The notes beneath the pieces were generated by a model that was given only the letters and a program-made list of their open reading frames with translations, ran no database searches and was not told where the DNA came from. Positions 48,121 through 57,136 of a stretch of 64,000 nucleotides of DNA are shown piece by piece; the first letter of the stretch is position 1; the number at the start of each line of letters is the position of its first letter. The position numbers were made by a program, and so were the translations under genes. Source of the stretch: an uncultured Bacteroides sp. (GTDB lineage: Bacteria; Bacteroidota; Bacteroidia; Bacteroidales; GCA-2748055); assembly GCA_964458155.1 (NCBI GenBank), contig CAYWGP010000245.1:2521-66520 (forward strand). Direction: 5' to 3'.

Positions 48121-49412
48121 GCACCGGCCGAAGATACGGCCATCTGGATTAATTCTTCCAGTTTTTCCCTCAGGGTGTTGTAACTAAAATACTTTTTACC
48201 CACCAGGAAATTATATTCTGCAATTTCGGAGGCCAGGGCCGGATTATAGATGATATCAGCCATGGAGCTAACAGCATCGGAGCTGAGTTCTCCATTTTCA
48301 ATCATCACGGTTTTAAAACCCTTGCTGCCTATATCGGGTAAATATACGGGTTCGTAGTTGTTGACAAAGATGGGACGTTTGGCCAGTACGGCTTCCACAA
48401 AGGCATTGCCAAAACCCTCATAGGTGCTGAAATAGGTGCAGGCGGTAGCTTTAGCATAGGCATCAGATAAAGAGAAACGCACCTCACCCTTACCATTGGA
48501 AAGGCCTTTGTTATGAAAGAGGTGGCTGGCAAATCTGACCTGTGCGCCCAGTTTAAGCTGGTGTATTTGATTTACCAGCTCGTTATAGTAGGCGCTGCCG
48601 GCATCATCTGCATAATTACCGGTGATGATCAGTTTAATCTTTTTATCATTAAGCTCATGGATGAGGCGAATTGCAGTTTCAATCCCCTTGCGTCTCACTA
48701 TCCGGGTAATCTGGAAAAGAAACAGGTCGGAGCCTGAGAAACCCATGTGTTCGGCCAGATTTTCATTTTTCTTATCGGGCAGACCGAAAGGCTGATCGAA
48801 ATCCATCACGTTGGGAACGTTGACCGCAGTACGGCCAAAACGCTCTTTCAGCGTATTGGCCGCTTGGGAATTGATTACTGCATGAACCGAATTTGGAGCC
48901 CGGAGGGGAAATACCTCAGAAATAAAATCATTAATCTCCCGGTGTGGTGACAGATACCTGTCGCCACGTTCCCAGGCAAAATCATGGTCATGTGTAATGG
49001 TGGGAATACCGGTTTTATGAACAGCTTTGTTGATGGCCATTCCCATTTCCAGGTGAGAGGGAAGCGCTGACGCATTTTCAGAGATAATCAATTCAATATT
49101 TCGCTCCCGGATCCAGGTCATGATCTTTTTATAGATCAATTTTGAATACAGGTTCAGATGCTCAATGAGCTCCTCTGCATTGGTCTCAGGATAGAAGAAG
49201 GCTTTTTTCTGGCTCCAGAAACTCTCCGGAGAGAAAAAGGACATTTCTGGAACAAGCGTTTCCGTTTCCGGATCCATGGGTCGTTCCTGAAACTGTCCCG
49301 AAAGAGTACTAACCCGGTGACCCATTGCTTTCAGGACATCGATCCATTTCTCGGTCTCAAGGGCCACGCCATCAACACCACCAATCCGCCCAATGATAAT
49401 ACCGATATTCAT
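48117..49412 (-). CDS. GT4-type glycosyltransferase, stand-alone paralogue of the N-terminal module of the 1385-aa protein
   Basis: STYEGFGNAFVEAVLAKRPIF is the GT4 E-x7-E region. Colinear blocks are shared with 42832-44500: VDGV..E..K, IP.I..HDF.WE.G, Q.TRI..RK.IET, K..LIITG, PIF...YEP. Confidence 0.85.
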   Translation of the reverse strand: MNIGIIIGRIGGVDGVALETEKWIDVLKAMGHRVSTLSGQFQERPMDPETETLVPEMSFFSPESFWSQKKAFFYPETNAEELIEHLNLYSKLIYKKIMTWIRERNIELIISENASALPSHLEMGMAINKAVHKTGIPTITHDHDFAWERGDRYLSPHREINDFISEVFPLRAPNSVHAVINSQAANTLKERFGRTAVNVPNVMDFDQPFGLPDKKNENLAEHMGFSGSDLFLFQITRIVRRKGIETAIRLIHELNDKKIKLIITGNYADDAGSAYYNELVNQIHQLKLGAQVRFASHLFHNKGLSNGKGEVRFSLSDAYAKATACTYFSTYEGFGNAFVEAVLAKRPIFVNNYEPVYLPDIGSKGFKTVMIENGELSSDAVSSMADIIYNPALASEIAEYNFLVGKKYFSYNTLREKLEELIQMAVSSAGA

Positions 49413-49427
49413 TCCAGAAACAGAAAA

Positions 49428-50315
49428 TTATTTAAGTACGAATGAAGCTATACCAATTTGTTTCCCCTCAGAATAAAGCTCTACGGTATGCTCTCCGGGT
49501 ACAATTTCCCCGTCATTGGTCCAGAAAATGGAAACAGGAAGGTCTTCGTTTTCGTAGTTAACAACCCTTGAAGCGGAAGCTGGAATCTGCTCCTCGTTAA
49601 AAACCAGCATCTCCAGTTCTGGTGATCCCAACACCACCTGGTCGGGTCTGATAATGCGTAGGAAAATCCTCTTCTCGCCGGCGGGCGTCACCTTGTTGGC
49701 TCTTAGCACAAAATCCACCCTTGCTTTCACGGCAGTCCTGACCTTGTCGGATTCCTTATCTCTTTTGTTCAACAGCACCATGTTAATCAGGGACGCCTGA
49801 AGGGTGGTGGCAAGATCCTTAATCTCCTCCAGCTGGGTTTTATCTTTTTCAAGTTGCTCTTTTTCAGTTTCCAGGCGTAATTCGGTATTCCTTAATTGTT
49901 TGTTCATGGCCATTAATTCCTGGTTCTGCATATTCAGGGAGTCGATCTGCACGATGTAGCTACGCAGAACAGAACGCAGGGTCTCCATCTCTTTCCGGTA
50001 CATGCGGATCTTGTATGCATCTTCGGCCTGCATGGAGATGAGTTTTTCAATTTTCTCCTTCTGTTGCTCCATTTCCACCTGGAGCTCCAGATTATTTGTC
50101 TCAAGGGTATCGTATCTGAAATAGATATTTCGCAGTTCCCCTTCCAGGGAATCTTTTTCAATACGGAAAAATTCAGTTTTATCAGCAAGATCCTCCGAAA
50201 CCAGGTTCAGATTTTTACGCGTATCAAGCAGCATATACACGGCTACGGCCAGTATAACCACCAGCAATCCAAGAACTCCGTACAGAGCATTTACATTGGT
50301 TTTCTTTTCAGTCAT
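49428..50315 (-). CDS. Membrane-anchored coiled-coil protein with a C-terminal beta-rich domain (function unknown)
   Basis: One N-terminal TM helix (ALYGVLGLLVVILAVAVYMLL), about 150 aa of heptad-like E/K/L/Q-rich sequence, and a C-terminal ~100 aa with a beta pattern. Confidence 0.7.
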   Translation of the reverse strand: MTEKKTNVNALYGVLGLLVVILAVAVYMLLDTRKNLNLVSEDLADKTEFFRIEKDSLEGELRNIYFRYDTLETNNLELQVEMEQQKEKIEKLISMQAEDAYKIRMYRKEMETLRSVLRSYIVQIDSLNMQNQELMAMNKQLRNTELRLETEKEQLEKDKTQLEEIKDLATTLQASLINMVLLNKRDKESDKVRTAVKARVDFVLRANKVTPAGEKRIFLRIIRPDQVVLGSPELEMLVFNEEQIPASASRVVNYENEDLPVSIFWTNDGEIVPGEHTVELYSEGKQIGIASFVLK

Positions 50316-50337
50316 ATTGAAAGGATTAAAATTTTAG

Positions 50338-50345
50338 CAAATATA
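50338..50345 (-). promoter_or_regulatory. Candidate internal -7 box (TAnnTTTG on the minus strand) for the coiled-coil/GT4 gene pair
   Basis: The plus strand reads CAAATATA, which is TATATTTG on the minus strand. It lies 22 nt upstream of the ATG at 50315, in the 34-nt gap after the LuxR gene's stop codon. Confidence 0.35.
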
Positions 50346-50349
50346 CACA

Positions 50350-50961
50350 TTACTTTGCAGGTAAGGAACTTACCTCCTCAATGGTGATGATATTGTTAAC
50401 AATGGCATAGATGGTCAGTCCGGAAATGGATTTAATACCCAGTTTACTGTTGATATTTTTTCGGTGCGACATTACTGTATGGGTAGAGAGGAAGAGCTTT
50501 TCTGCGATCTCCCTGTTGGTAAGACCCATGGAAACCAGCCTGACGATGGTGATTTCACGTGGTGAAAGATGCAAGGAAGGACTTTCCGGATCCCTGTCCT
50601 GGCGGTCAAGCAAATTCCTGATTTTAGCAATAAGCGAGTCCCGGTCTTCCATCAGGTGTATGGATGCCTTGACATCGGAGGTGGAAACCTCTTGCACAAG
50701 ATCCTCTTTGTGAGCATATTCAAGAAGGATCGTTTTTTCCAGCAATCCGGGGTTTGATATAAATAGACCCGACCAGTGTTGAAACGCGTGCTGATCGATG
50801 ACAATATAATCTACAGATCTGCTTTCCAGGTAGGGTAAAAAGGCTTCTTTTGCACCAAACTCTTTCAGCACCCTTAGCCCATGAATCCGGTTTAGCAGGG
50901 CCACCATACCCTTTCTGGCCAGGTAGGAGTCAATAACCAGTATGAAGCTCCTTATCCTCAT
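50350..50961 (-). CDS. LuxR/NarL-family regulator with a degenerate receiver domain
   Basis: C-terminal HTH: LSPREITIVRLVSMGLTNREIAEKLFLSTHTVMSHRKNINSKLG. The N-terminal receiver-like fold has DS where the acidic DD pair is expected (LVIDSYLAR). Confidence 0.85.
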   Translation of the reverse strand: MRIRSFILVIDSYLARKGMVALLNRIHGLRVLKEFGAKEAFLPYLESRSVDYIVIDQHAFQHWSGLFISNPGLLEKTILLEYAHKEDLVQEVSTSDVKASIHLMEDRDSLIAKIRNLLDRQDRDPESPSLHLSPREITIVRLVSMGLTNREIAEKLFLSTHTVMSHRKNINSKLGIKSISGLTIYAIVNNIITIEEVSSLPAK

Positions 50962-51692
50962 CCGGATGATACACTATTTAGCAAGCTTCTTTCCAATTCG
51001 GCAACCCGGGGAATCAACACCTTATCTTCAACGTCGGCATGATCAACCAGGTCTTTCATCAGAGCAGACAGATCGTTCAGCACCTGGTGGCATAGTTGAA
51101 GATCGTCGAAGGGAGGAAGGTATTTGATGATGAGCTCGGACAGGTGCTTTAAGCTGGTTTCCAGACGATCATGCTCCTGCTCAAATTCCCTGATGGAATA
51201 TTTCTGTAGTTTCAGAATAAACTCAGGGTCGGGCTTCTCCATGGCGGCCTGTTTCTCCAGCTCAAGCACGTAGGGAAGAATACCCTCCTCTTCCTGGGAG
51301 AGATGGATCATAAAATCCTTTTTGTAGTCATTAAAGAAGGTTGTAAGCAGGTTAATCTCTTTTTCAGTAAGCCTGGAATGTTCCATCAGCCGGTGAAGCT
51401 TAAGCTCAACTGACGGAAGGGCAATATCTTTATAATAGCTGTGGGTTGCGCTGATATAGTTCACCATGGTGCCGAGAGAAAATAACGATAGGCCCTCACC
51501 CGGCATATAGAGCTCATCCAGGTAGGCATTGGCAATTTCAAGAAAAAAATCTGTGTTAACCCCGTGAGACCGGCATACTTCATCCACACTAAGTTCTCCA
51601 AAACCCGGCTTCAGGTTGAAACGGGGTAAAAGGGGCAGGAGCTGGAGGTTCTCAAGCACCACCCTGTACATGGGCCATTCCCGGGTAATCAT
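50958..51692 (-). CDS. Hemerythrin-like (HHE cation-binding) domain protein
   Basis: His/Glu/Asp are spaced on predicted helices (ATHSYY, LHRLMEH, IHLSQEEE, EQEHDRLE, VDHADVEDKVL), as in hemerythrin/RIC-type di-iron domains. This assignment is by pattern only. Confidence 0.6.
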   Translation of the reverse strand: MITREWPMYRVVLENLQLLPLLPRFNLKPGFGELSVDEVCRSHGVNTDFFLEIANAYLDELYMPGEGLSLFSLGTMVNYISATHSYYKDIALPSVELKLHRLMEHSRLTEKEINLLTTFFNDYKKDFMIHLSQEEEGILPYVLELEKQAAMEKPDPEFILKLQKYSIREFEQEHDRLETSLKHLSELIIKYLPPFDDLQLCHQVLNDLSALMKDLVDHADVEDKVLIPRVAELERSLLNSVSSG

Positions 51693-52624
51693 CTTTTTTC
51701 GTTTTGATTGTTAATTTCTCTTTCAGTAATTCCATATTTTTCATCTTCTTCCAGGTTCCCCAGGGGCTCCACATGAACCATTATGTCGTAAATGTTTTTC
51801 AGGTTTGACTTAATGCTGCTTTCCACATTTTTGGCGATATCATGGGCAAGCTTGACACTTAGGCCAGGGTCGACCTCAATATCCAGGTTGATCATATAAT
51901 AGTGTCCGATTTTCCGCGCCCTTACCCGGTGCGGATTATGAGCTCCTTCAACGGAGCGTACCGATTCGAATATTTTATTGTAAAATTCGGTGTCATCGAT
52001 TCCATCCATCAGGTCTATATTGGATTTCATAAAGATACGGAACCCTTCATACATAATAAAGAAAGAGATCAGAAGGGCTATGATGCGGTCGATCAGGGGT
52101 TCCTTCAGATAAACCGAAAAAAGCAAACTGCCAAGCACACTCAGGGAAAGTAAGATATCATTGCGCATATTTCTGGCATTGGCAATCAGCATGGTGCTTT
52201 CCACTTTTTTACCTGTCCTGAACAGCATCTGTGCCAGGAAAAGTTTGCCCAGGATGGAAATCAGGGTTACCAGTATGGCAAGCTTGCCCGGCACCTCCAT
52301 GCTAGCTCCGGCCACGAGCATTCGCAGGGTGGAAAAGGCCAGTTGAGCCCCGGCAAAAAAGATCATAAATGATAAGACCTTGGTGGCAACGGTATCGGCT
52401 TTTTTATATCCGTAAGGGAACTTAATATTGGGAGGTCTGGCGATGATTCTGGCGGCCACAAGGACCACTACCGATGAAACAATATCTGATACGGAATCGA
52501 TTCCATCGGCAATCACCGCATAACTTCCGGAAATAAAACCTACCCCCAGTTTAAGAAATGCAAGCAGGGCATTCCCAAAAATGGACCACCAGGAAGCGCG
52601 AATAATTTGATGTTCCCTTTTCAT
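51689..52624 (-). CDS. Cation diffusion facilitator transporter (FieF/YiiP-like)
   Basis: Six TM helices; the site-A motif in VIADGIDSVSDIV; the family-typical segment FPYGYKKADTVA; and a C-terminal cytoplasmic domain. Confidence 0.88.
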   Translation of the reverse strand: MKREHQIIRASWWSIFGNALLAFLKLGVGFISGSYAVIADGIDSVSDIVSSVVVLVAARIIARPPNIKFPYGYKKADTVATKVLSFMIFFAGAQLAFSTLRMLVAGASMEVPGKLAILVTLISILGKLFLAQMLFRTGKKVESTMLIANARNMRNDILLSLSVLGSLLFSVYLKEPLIDRIIALLISFFIMYEGFRIFMKSNIDLMDGIDDTEFYNKIFESVRSVEGAHNPHRVRARKIGHYYMINLDIEVDPGLSVKLAHDIAKNVESSIKSNLKNIYDIMVHVEPLGNLEEDEKYGITEREINNQNEKR

Positions 52625-52633
52625 CTCTTGAGT

Positions 52634-53554
52634 TTATGTATGAATCAGGGTGGGGGTGTGGCTTGTCTTATATTCGAATTGCAGAGTGATGTGGTTGATA
52701 CCCTTTTCTTTCTTCAGATAAGTCTCTATTTCGCGTTGAATATGTTTTACCTGACTCAGCTTAAGATCATTCTTCAACTCAATATGAGCCTCAAGGTGAA
52801 TTTCCCTGTCGGTGAGCATCCAGGCGTGAATATGATGGATGTTTTCTACCTCGGACTCCTGTTCCACCCTCAGTTTAATGGACGAAAGATCAAGATGATC
52901 AGGAGCCGATTGCATAAGGATGTTCACAGCATCTTTCAGAAGAACAAATCCCGACCGGATAATATAGAGGGATATAAATACCGTTATGAGGGGATCAATC
53001 CATTCTATCTTAAAGACACGTATCATTACGCTGCCAATAACAACCACTACAGAAGAAAGACTGTCCCCGATCAAATGTACGTAGGCAGCCTTAACATTAA
53101 TGCTTTTTCCGGCATCTTTTCTAAGAATGAGCACGGCGTAAAGATTGGCCATGAGCCCGATCAATCCCACGACAAGCATGATCAGGGAGTTAATGGGAGT
53201 GGGGTTTTGCCACCTGAGCCATGCCTCTTTCAAGAGGAAGACACTCATTACAATCAGGATAACCGCATTGGTAAGTGCGGCAAGAATTTCCAGCCTTTTG
53301 TATCCAAATGTCTTTTTCTGATTGGCCTCACGCTTTCCAATGATGGTAGCCAGGTAGGCGATAAATGTGGCAAAGGTATCGCTGAGATTGTGTAAGGCAT
53401 CTGACAGAAGAGCCAGGCTGCCTGAAAGAAGGCTGCCAGCTATCTCCACTACTGTGATCACCAGGTTCAGAAAGGTAGCCACAAGCAAATTCTTTTCATT
53501 CACTTCATGGTGATGATGGGAGTGCCTGTGTTTAACTTTCCTTTTTTCTGACAT
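52634..53554 (-). CDS. czcD: Cation diffusion facilitator transporter (CzcD/ZitB-like) with a His-rich N-terminus
   Basis: KHRHSHHHHE N-terminal tail, LLSDALHNLSD (HxxxD), and HLIGDSLSSV in TM5. Confidence 0.9.
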   Translation of the reverse strand: MSEKRKVKHRHSHHHHEVNEKNLLVATFLNLVITVVEIAGSLLSGSLALLSDALHNLSDTFATFIAYLATIIGKREANQKKTFGYKRLEILAALTNAVILIVMSVFLLKEAWLRWQNPTPINSLIMLVVGLIGLMANLYAVLILRKDAGKSINVKAAYVHLIGDSLSSVVVVIGSVMIRVFKIEWIDPLITVFISLYIIRSGFVLLKDAVNILMQSAPDHLDLSSIKLRVEQESEVENIHHIHAWMLTDREIHLEAHIELKNDLKLSQVKHIQREIETYLKKEKGINHITLQFEYKTSHTPTLIHT

Positions 53555-54361
53555 TTAAATAAACAATAAGAGACTGAGGGCCATGAGGGCCATTCCGGCC
53601 AGAAAACCATAAACGGAATAATGGTGAAGGCCATATTCCCTGGCCGTGGGCAGTAGTTCATCAATGGAGATAAATACCATGATACCAGCCACGCCGGCAA
53701 AGATAAATCCAAAAAGATTATCATTCAGGAAGGGCATCAGGATGAACCAGGCCAGGAGGGCGCCAACAGGCTCAGCCAGCCCGGAGAGAAAGGACAGTAA
53801 AAAGCCCTTTTTCTTACTCCCGGTTCCATAGGAGATAGGAACCGATACCGCAATTCCTTCCGGAATGTTGTGTATGGCTATGGCTACTGCAATAGGGATG
53901 GCCAGAGTGGGATCGCTTAATCCGGCCATAAATGTGGCAATTCCCTCCGGAAAGTTATGAATGCCTATAGCCAGTGCGGTAAACAGGCCCATTCGAACCA
54001 GCCTGGGATCCTTTTTATTGCCATTGGACATATCTTCCACCTTTTTGATCTCATGTGGATTTTCCTGGGATGGGATTAATTTGTCGATCAGGGCAATTAG
54101 CAAAATTCCAGCAAAAAAGGCCAGTACCGTATACCAGGAGGCCAGTTTTTCTCCAAAGCCCGGAATCATCGCCATGCGTGCTTTCTGGAGGATCTCAACG
54201 AAGGCGACATAGATCATTACTCCGGCTGAGAAGCCAAGACTGATGGAAAGAAAACGGGTGCTGTTGTTTTTGGTAAAAAAGGCCAGAGCACTTCCTATAC
54301 CTGTCGACAAACCGGCAAAAAGTGTAAGACCAAATGCAAACCAAAAATTACTTGTGTCCAT
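53555..54361 (-). CDS. zupT: ZIP family zinc transporter ZupT
   Basis: Duplicated HNFPEGIA and HNIPEGIAV motifs, eight TM helices, and a length of 268 aa. Confidence 0.9.
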   Translation of the reverse strand: MDTSNFWFAFGLTLFAGLSTGIGSALAFFTKNNSTRFLSISLGFSAGVMIYVAFVEILQKARMAMIPGFGEKLASWYTVLAFFAGILLIALIDKLIPSQENPHEIKKVEDMSNGNKKDPRLVRMGLFTALAIGIHNFPEGIATFMAGLSDPTLAIPIAVAIAIHNIPEGIAVSVPISYGTGSKKKGFLLSFLSGLAEPVGALLAWFILMPFLNDNLFGFIFAGVAGIMVFISIDELLPTAREYGLHHYSVYGFLAGMALMALSLLLFI

Positions 54362-54372
54362 GCAGGGCCTGT

Positions 54373-55245
54373 TTAACTAGCCTTTCTCCCTTTTTTGGGA
54401 GCCTTTGGAACAGGCTCCTGAGAAAAATACCTGGGATGTTTAGCGGTCCAGAGAATAATGATGATTCCTGCAAAAATAAAGGGAAGGCTTAGTAATTGTC
54501 CCATATTGAATTGCATCCCGGACTCGAAAGGAACCTGGTCGTTTTTTACAAATTCTATTAAAAAGCGGGCAGAGAATAAAAGGATCATAAATACACCAAA
54601 GATGAATCCATCGCGGACCTTCATGTAATTTTTACGATAGAAGATAAACAAGACCAAAAAAATCAGGATATAGCTGAGGGCTTCATAGAGCTGGGTGGGG
54701 TGCCGGGCAACAGTGGGGAGCAGTTCACCGGTGCTGGAATCATAAAGGCGATCCCTGACAAATTCAAATCCCCAGGGTAGTTCGGTTGGCCGGCCATAAA
54801 TTTCAGAATTGAAGAGATTGCCAAAGCGAATAAAGGATCCACCCAGGGCCACCACTATTACAATGCGGTCGATCATCCACAGGAATGAGAGTTTGTACTT
54901 ACGAACATATAGCCAGAGTGAAATCAGAATACCAATGGCCGCTCCGTGACTGGCAAGTCCGCCTTTCCATATCTTCAGAACTTCCAGTGGGTTTTTCAGA
55001 AAGTAGTCGGGTTCGTAAAAGAAACAATGTCCCAGTCTGGCTCCAATAACTGTGCCTACGGCAATGTAGATCAGCAGCTGATCCACCATTTCTGAAGTCA
55101 GCCTGTCGGTTGCAAGATACCTGGTAAAAACGATGTAACCGGACAGGAAAGCTAAGGCAAACATCAATCCGTACCACCGGATACTCAATTGTCCGATACT
55201 GAATATTTCAGGATCCACGTTCCAGGTAATAGCATCAAATATCAT
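54373..55245 (-). CDS. lgt: Prolipoprotein diacylglyceryl transferase
   Basis: [25 protein letters not shown], and [11 protein letters not shown] are Lgt signature segments. Confidence 0.93.
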   Translation of the reverse strand: MIFDAITWNVDPEIFSIGQLSIRWYGLMFALAFLSGYIVFTRYLATDRLTSEMVDQLLIYIAVGTVIGARLGHCFFYEPDYFLKNPLEVLKIWKGGLASHGAAIGILISLWLYVRKYKLSFLWMIDRIVIVVALGGSFIRFGNLFNSEIYGRPTELPWGFEFVRDRLYDSSTGELLPTVARHPTQLYEALSYILIFLVLFIFYRKNYMKVRDGFIFGVFMILLFSARFLIEFVKNDQVPFESGMQFNMGQLLSLPFIFAGIIIILWTAKHPRYFSQEPVPKAPKKGRKAS

Positions 55246-55271
55246 AGTAGGTTTCTATTATTATTAAAGCA

Positions 55272-55279
55272 CAAATATA
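55272..55279 (-). promoter_or_regulatory. Candidate -7 box (TAnnTTTG on the minus strand) for lgt and the downstream co-directional genes
   Basis: The plus strand reads CAAATATA, which is TATATTTG on the minus strand, 27 nt upstream of the lgt ATG. Confidence 0.35.
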
Positions 55280-55310
55280 ATAACATTCCGGGGGTTTCCC
55301 TTGAAGCTTA

Positions 55311-55326
55311 TATCTTTGTATGTTTG
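55311..55326 (+). promoter_or_regulatory. Two adjacent -7 box matches (TATCTTTG, TATGTTTG) for the Ig-like lipoprotein gene
   Basis: Both are exact TAnnTTTG matches. They lie 18-26 nt upstream of the GTG start at 55344. Confidence 0.4.
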
Positions 55327-55343
55327 CACTAAAATATTGAAAA

Positions 55344-57134
55344 GTGTCTCTTAAATACTTGTGGTGTCTGCCTGTCTTACTCTTTTGCTGGAGTTGTGCC
55401 CAGCAGGGAAGCCCCTCGGGAGGTCCGCGCGATGAGGCTCCTCCCATGGTGCTGGAATGTGATCCGCCCAACTACAGCACACTCTTTGAATCAAAACAGA
55501 TCCACATTACATTCAGCGAATTTATAGTTCTGGACAATGTTAACCAGCAATTGATTGTCTCTCCTCCCATGGAAGAGCAGCCGAAGGTGAAATTGAGGAA
55601 AAAGACACTAATTGTCGAATTTGAAGAGACACTCAGGATAAACACTACCTATACGTTTAATTTTGGGGATGCCATTAAGGATCTTCACGAAGGAAACAAA
55701 CTTCAGAATTACGAGTATGTATTTTCCACGGGCGAGGTACTGGACTCCATGTCGATCAGGGGTAAGCTGATATATGCGGAAAATCTGGAGGTACCTGACG
55801 AAGCAGTTTCCATTCAACTCTATTCCGACCTCAGGGACTCGGTTCCACTTCTGGATATACCTTTGTACGTTGGGCGCTCCAACGACAGCGGTATTTTCAG
55901 TGTGAATAATCTGCGCCCCGATTTGTACAAGGTATTTGCCCTGAAGGATGGAAACAACAACTTTTTATTTGACCTGCCTACCGAAGAGATTGCATTCCTG
56001 GATACCAGTCTTATTGTGAATGCTGACTTTGCCAGGCAATTATTGGGAGATTCGATTGTTACAACAGTGATGAGCGATACAGTTTCCGCCGACTCAAGTG
56101 ATGTTGTTTCAGATTCTATTGCCGCCGCGAGGCCCGATCTGAACTCCATATATATCGATCTGATGTTGTTCACCGAGGCCTCTGAAATACAGTATTTGAC
56201 CAATAACTCAAGAGAGGATCGCAGAAAACTGCAACTTGTATTTGCCCTTCCCTTAACAGATTCATTTTCCTATCGACCCCTGCAGGCGGCCAATGAAAGT
56301 GATCTTCTTTTTCTGGAGCATTATTCGACAAACAGGGACAGTCTTACGCTCTGGGTACTGGATTCGGTGCATTACAAAAACGACAGCATTCGCCTGGAAT
56401 TGAACTACACAGCAAAAGATACCTCAGAACTCTATGTGATCAGGACGGATACTGTATTATTTTCCTACCGGGAAAAACAGACCAGGAACAAAAGGGGGCA
56501 AACAGATCAGCAGGAAGAAGAAAAACTGGTGCTTTCTACCATCAGGAATAATGCTAACCAGGACCTGAACCGGGATTTGTCCATATACATTGATTTTCCT
56601 CTTAAAAGTCTGAATGACACTCTGTTCTCTTTATACAACATTCCTGATTCCGTGGAGATCCCGGTTCCTTTTGTGCTAAGGACCGACAGCCTCCAGCCCT
56701 ACAGGATGATGATCTCAGTTCCCTGGGAATCTGCCTCCAGCTACCGGATGGAGCTTCTGCCCGGGGCCATTGGCAGCATCTATCCCATGGAACACGATAC
56801 GCTGGATGTCAGCTTTAAAACCCGGGACCTGGAATACTATGGACAAATTCTTCTTTCTCTTAGTAATGTAAAGGACCAGTTACTGGTTCAGCTTTTCAGC
56901 GGCAATGATATGCTTGAAGAAAGGATAGTGGAAGCTGACGGACAATATGTATTTCCCTTCCTGGCACCCAAAGAATACCAGTTCAAATTTATACATGACC
57001 GCAACAGAAACGGGAGATGGGATAGTGGTAATTATTTGAAAAAATTACAGCCGGAGCCCGTTGAGCTGCTTCCCGTAAGCATTGAAGTCAGATCCAACTG
57101 GGATCACGATGTTTCAATGGTTCTTGAAAAATAG
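55344..57134 (+). CDS. Putative lipoprotein with an N-terminal Ig-like (SbsA-type) domain; function unknown
   Basis: GTG start; signal/lipobox-like LWCLPVLLFCWSCAQQ; 596 aa, beta-rich. The family assignment is from memory only. Confidence 0.65.
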   Translation: MSLKYLWCLPVLLFCWSCAQQGSPSGGPRDEAPPMVLECDPPNYSTLFESKQIHITFSEFIVLDNVNQQLIVSPPMEEQPKVKLRKKTLIVEFEETLRINTTYTFNFGDAIKDLHEGNKLQNYEYVFSTGEVLDSMSIRGKLIYAENLEVPDEAVSIQLYSDLRDSVPLLDIPLYVGRSNDSGIFSVNNLRPDLYKVFALKDGNNNFLFDLPTEEIAFLDTSLIVNADFARQLLGDSIVTTVMSDTVSADSSDVVSDSIAAARPDLNSIYIDLMLFTEASEIQYLTNNSREDRRKLQLVFALPLTDSFSYRPLQAANESDLLFLEHYSTNRDSLTLWVLDSVHYKNDSIRLELNYTAKDTSELYVIRTDTVLFSYREKQTRNKRGQTDQQEEEKLVLSTIRNNANQDLNRDLSIYIDFPLKSLNDTLFSLYNIPDSVEIPVPFVLRTDSLQPYRMMISVPWESASSYRMELLPGAIGSIYPMEHDTLDVSFKTRDLEYYGQILLSLSNVKDQLLVQLFSGNDMLEERIVEADGQYVFPFLAPKEYQFKFIHDRNRNGRWDSGNYLKKLQPEPVELLPVSIEVRSNWDHDVSMVLEK

Positions 57135-57136
57135 GA

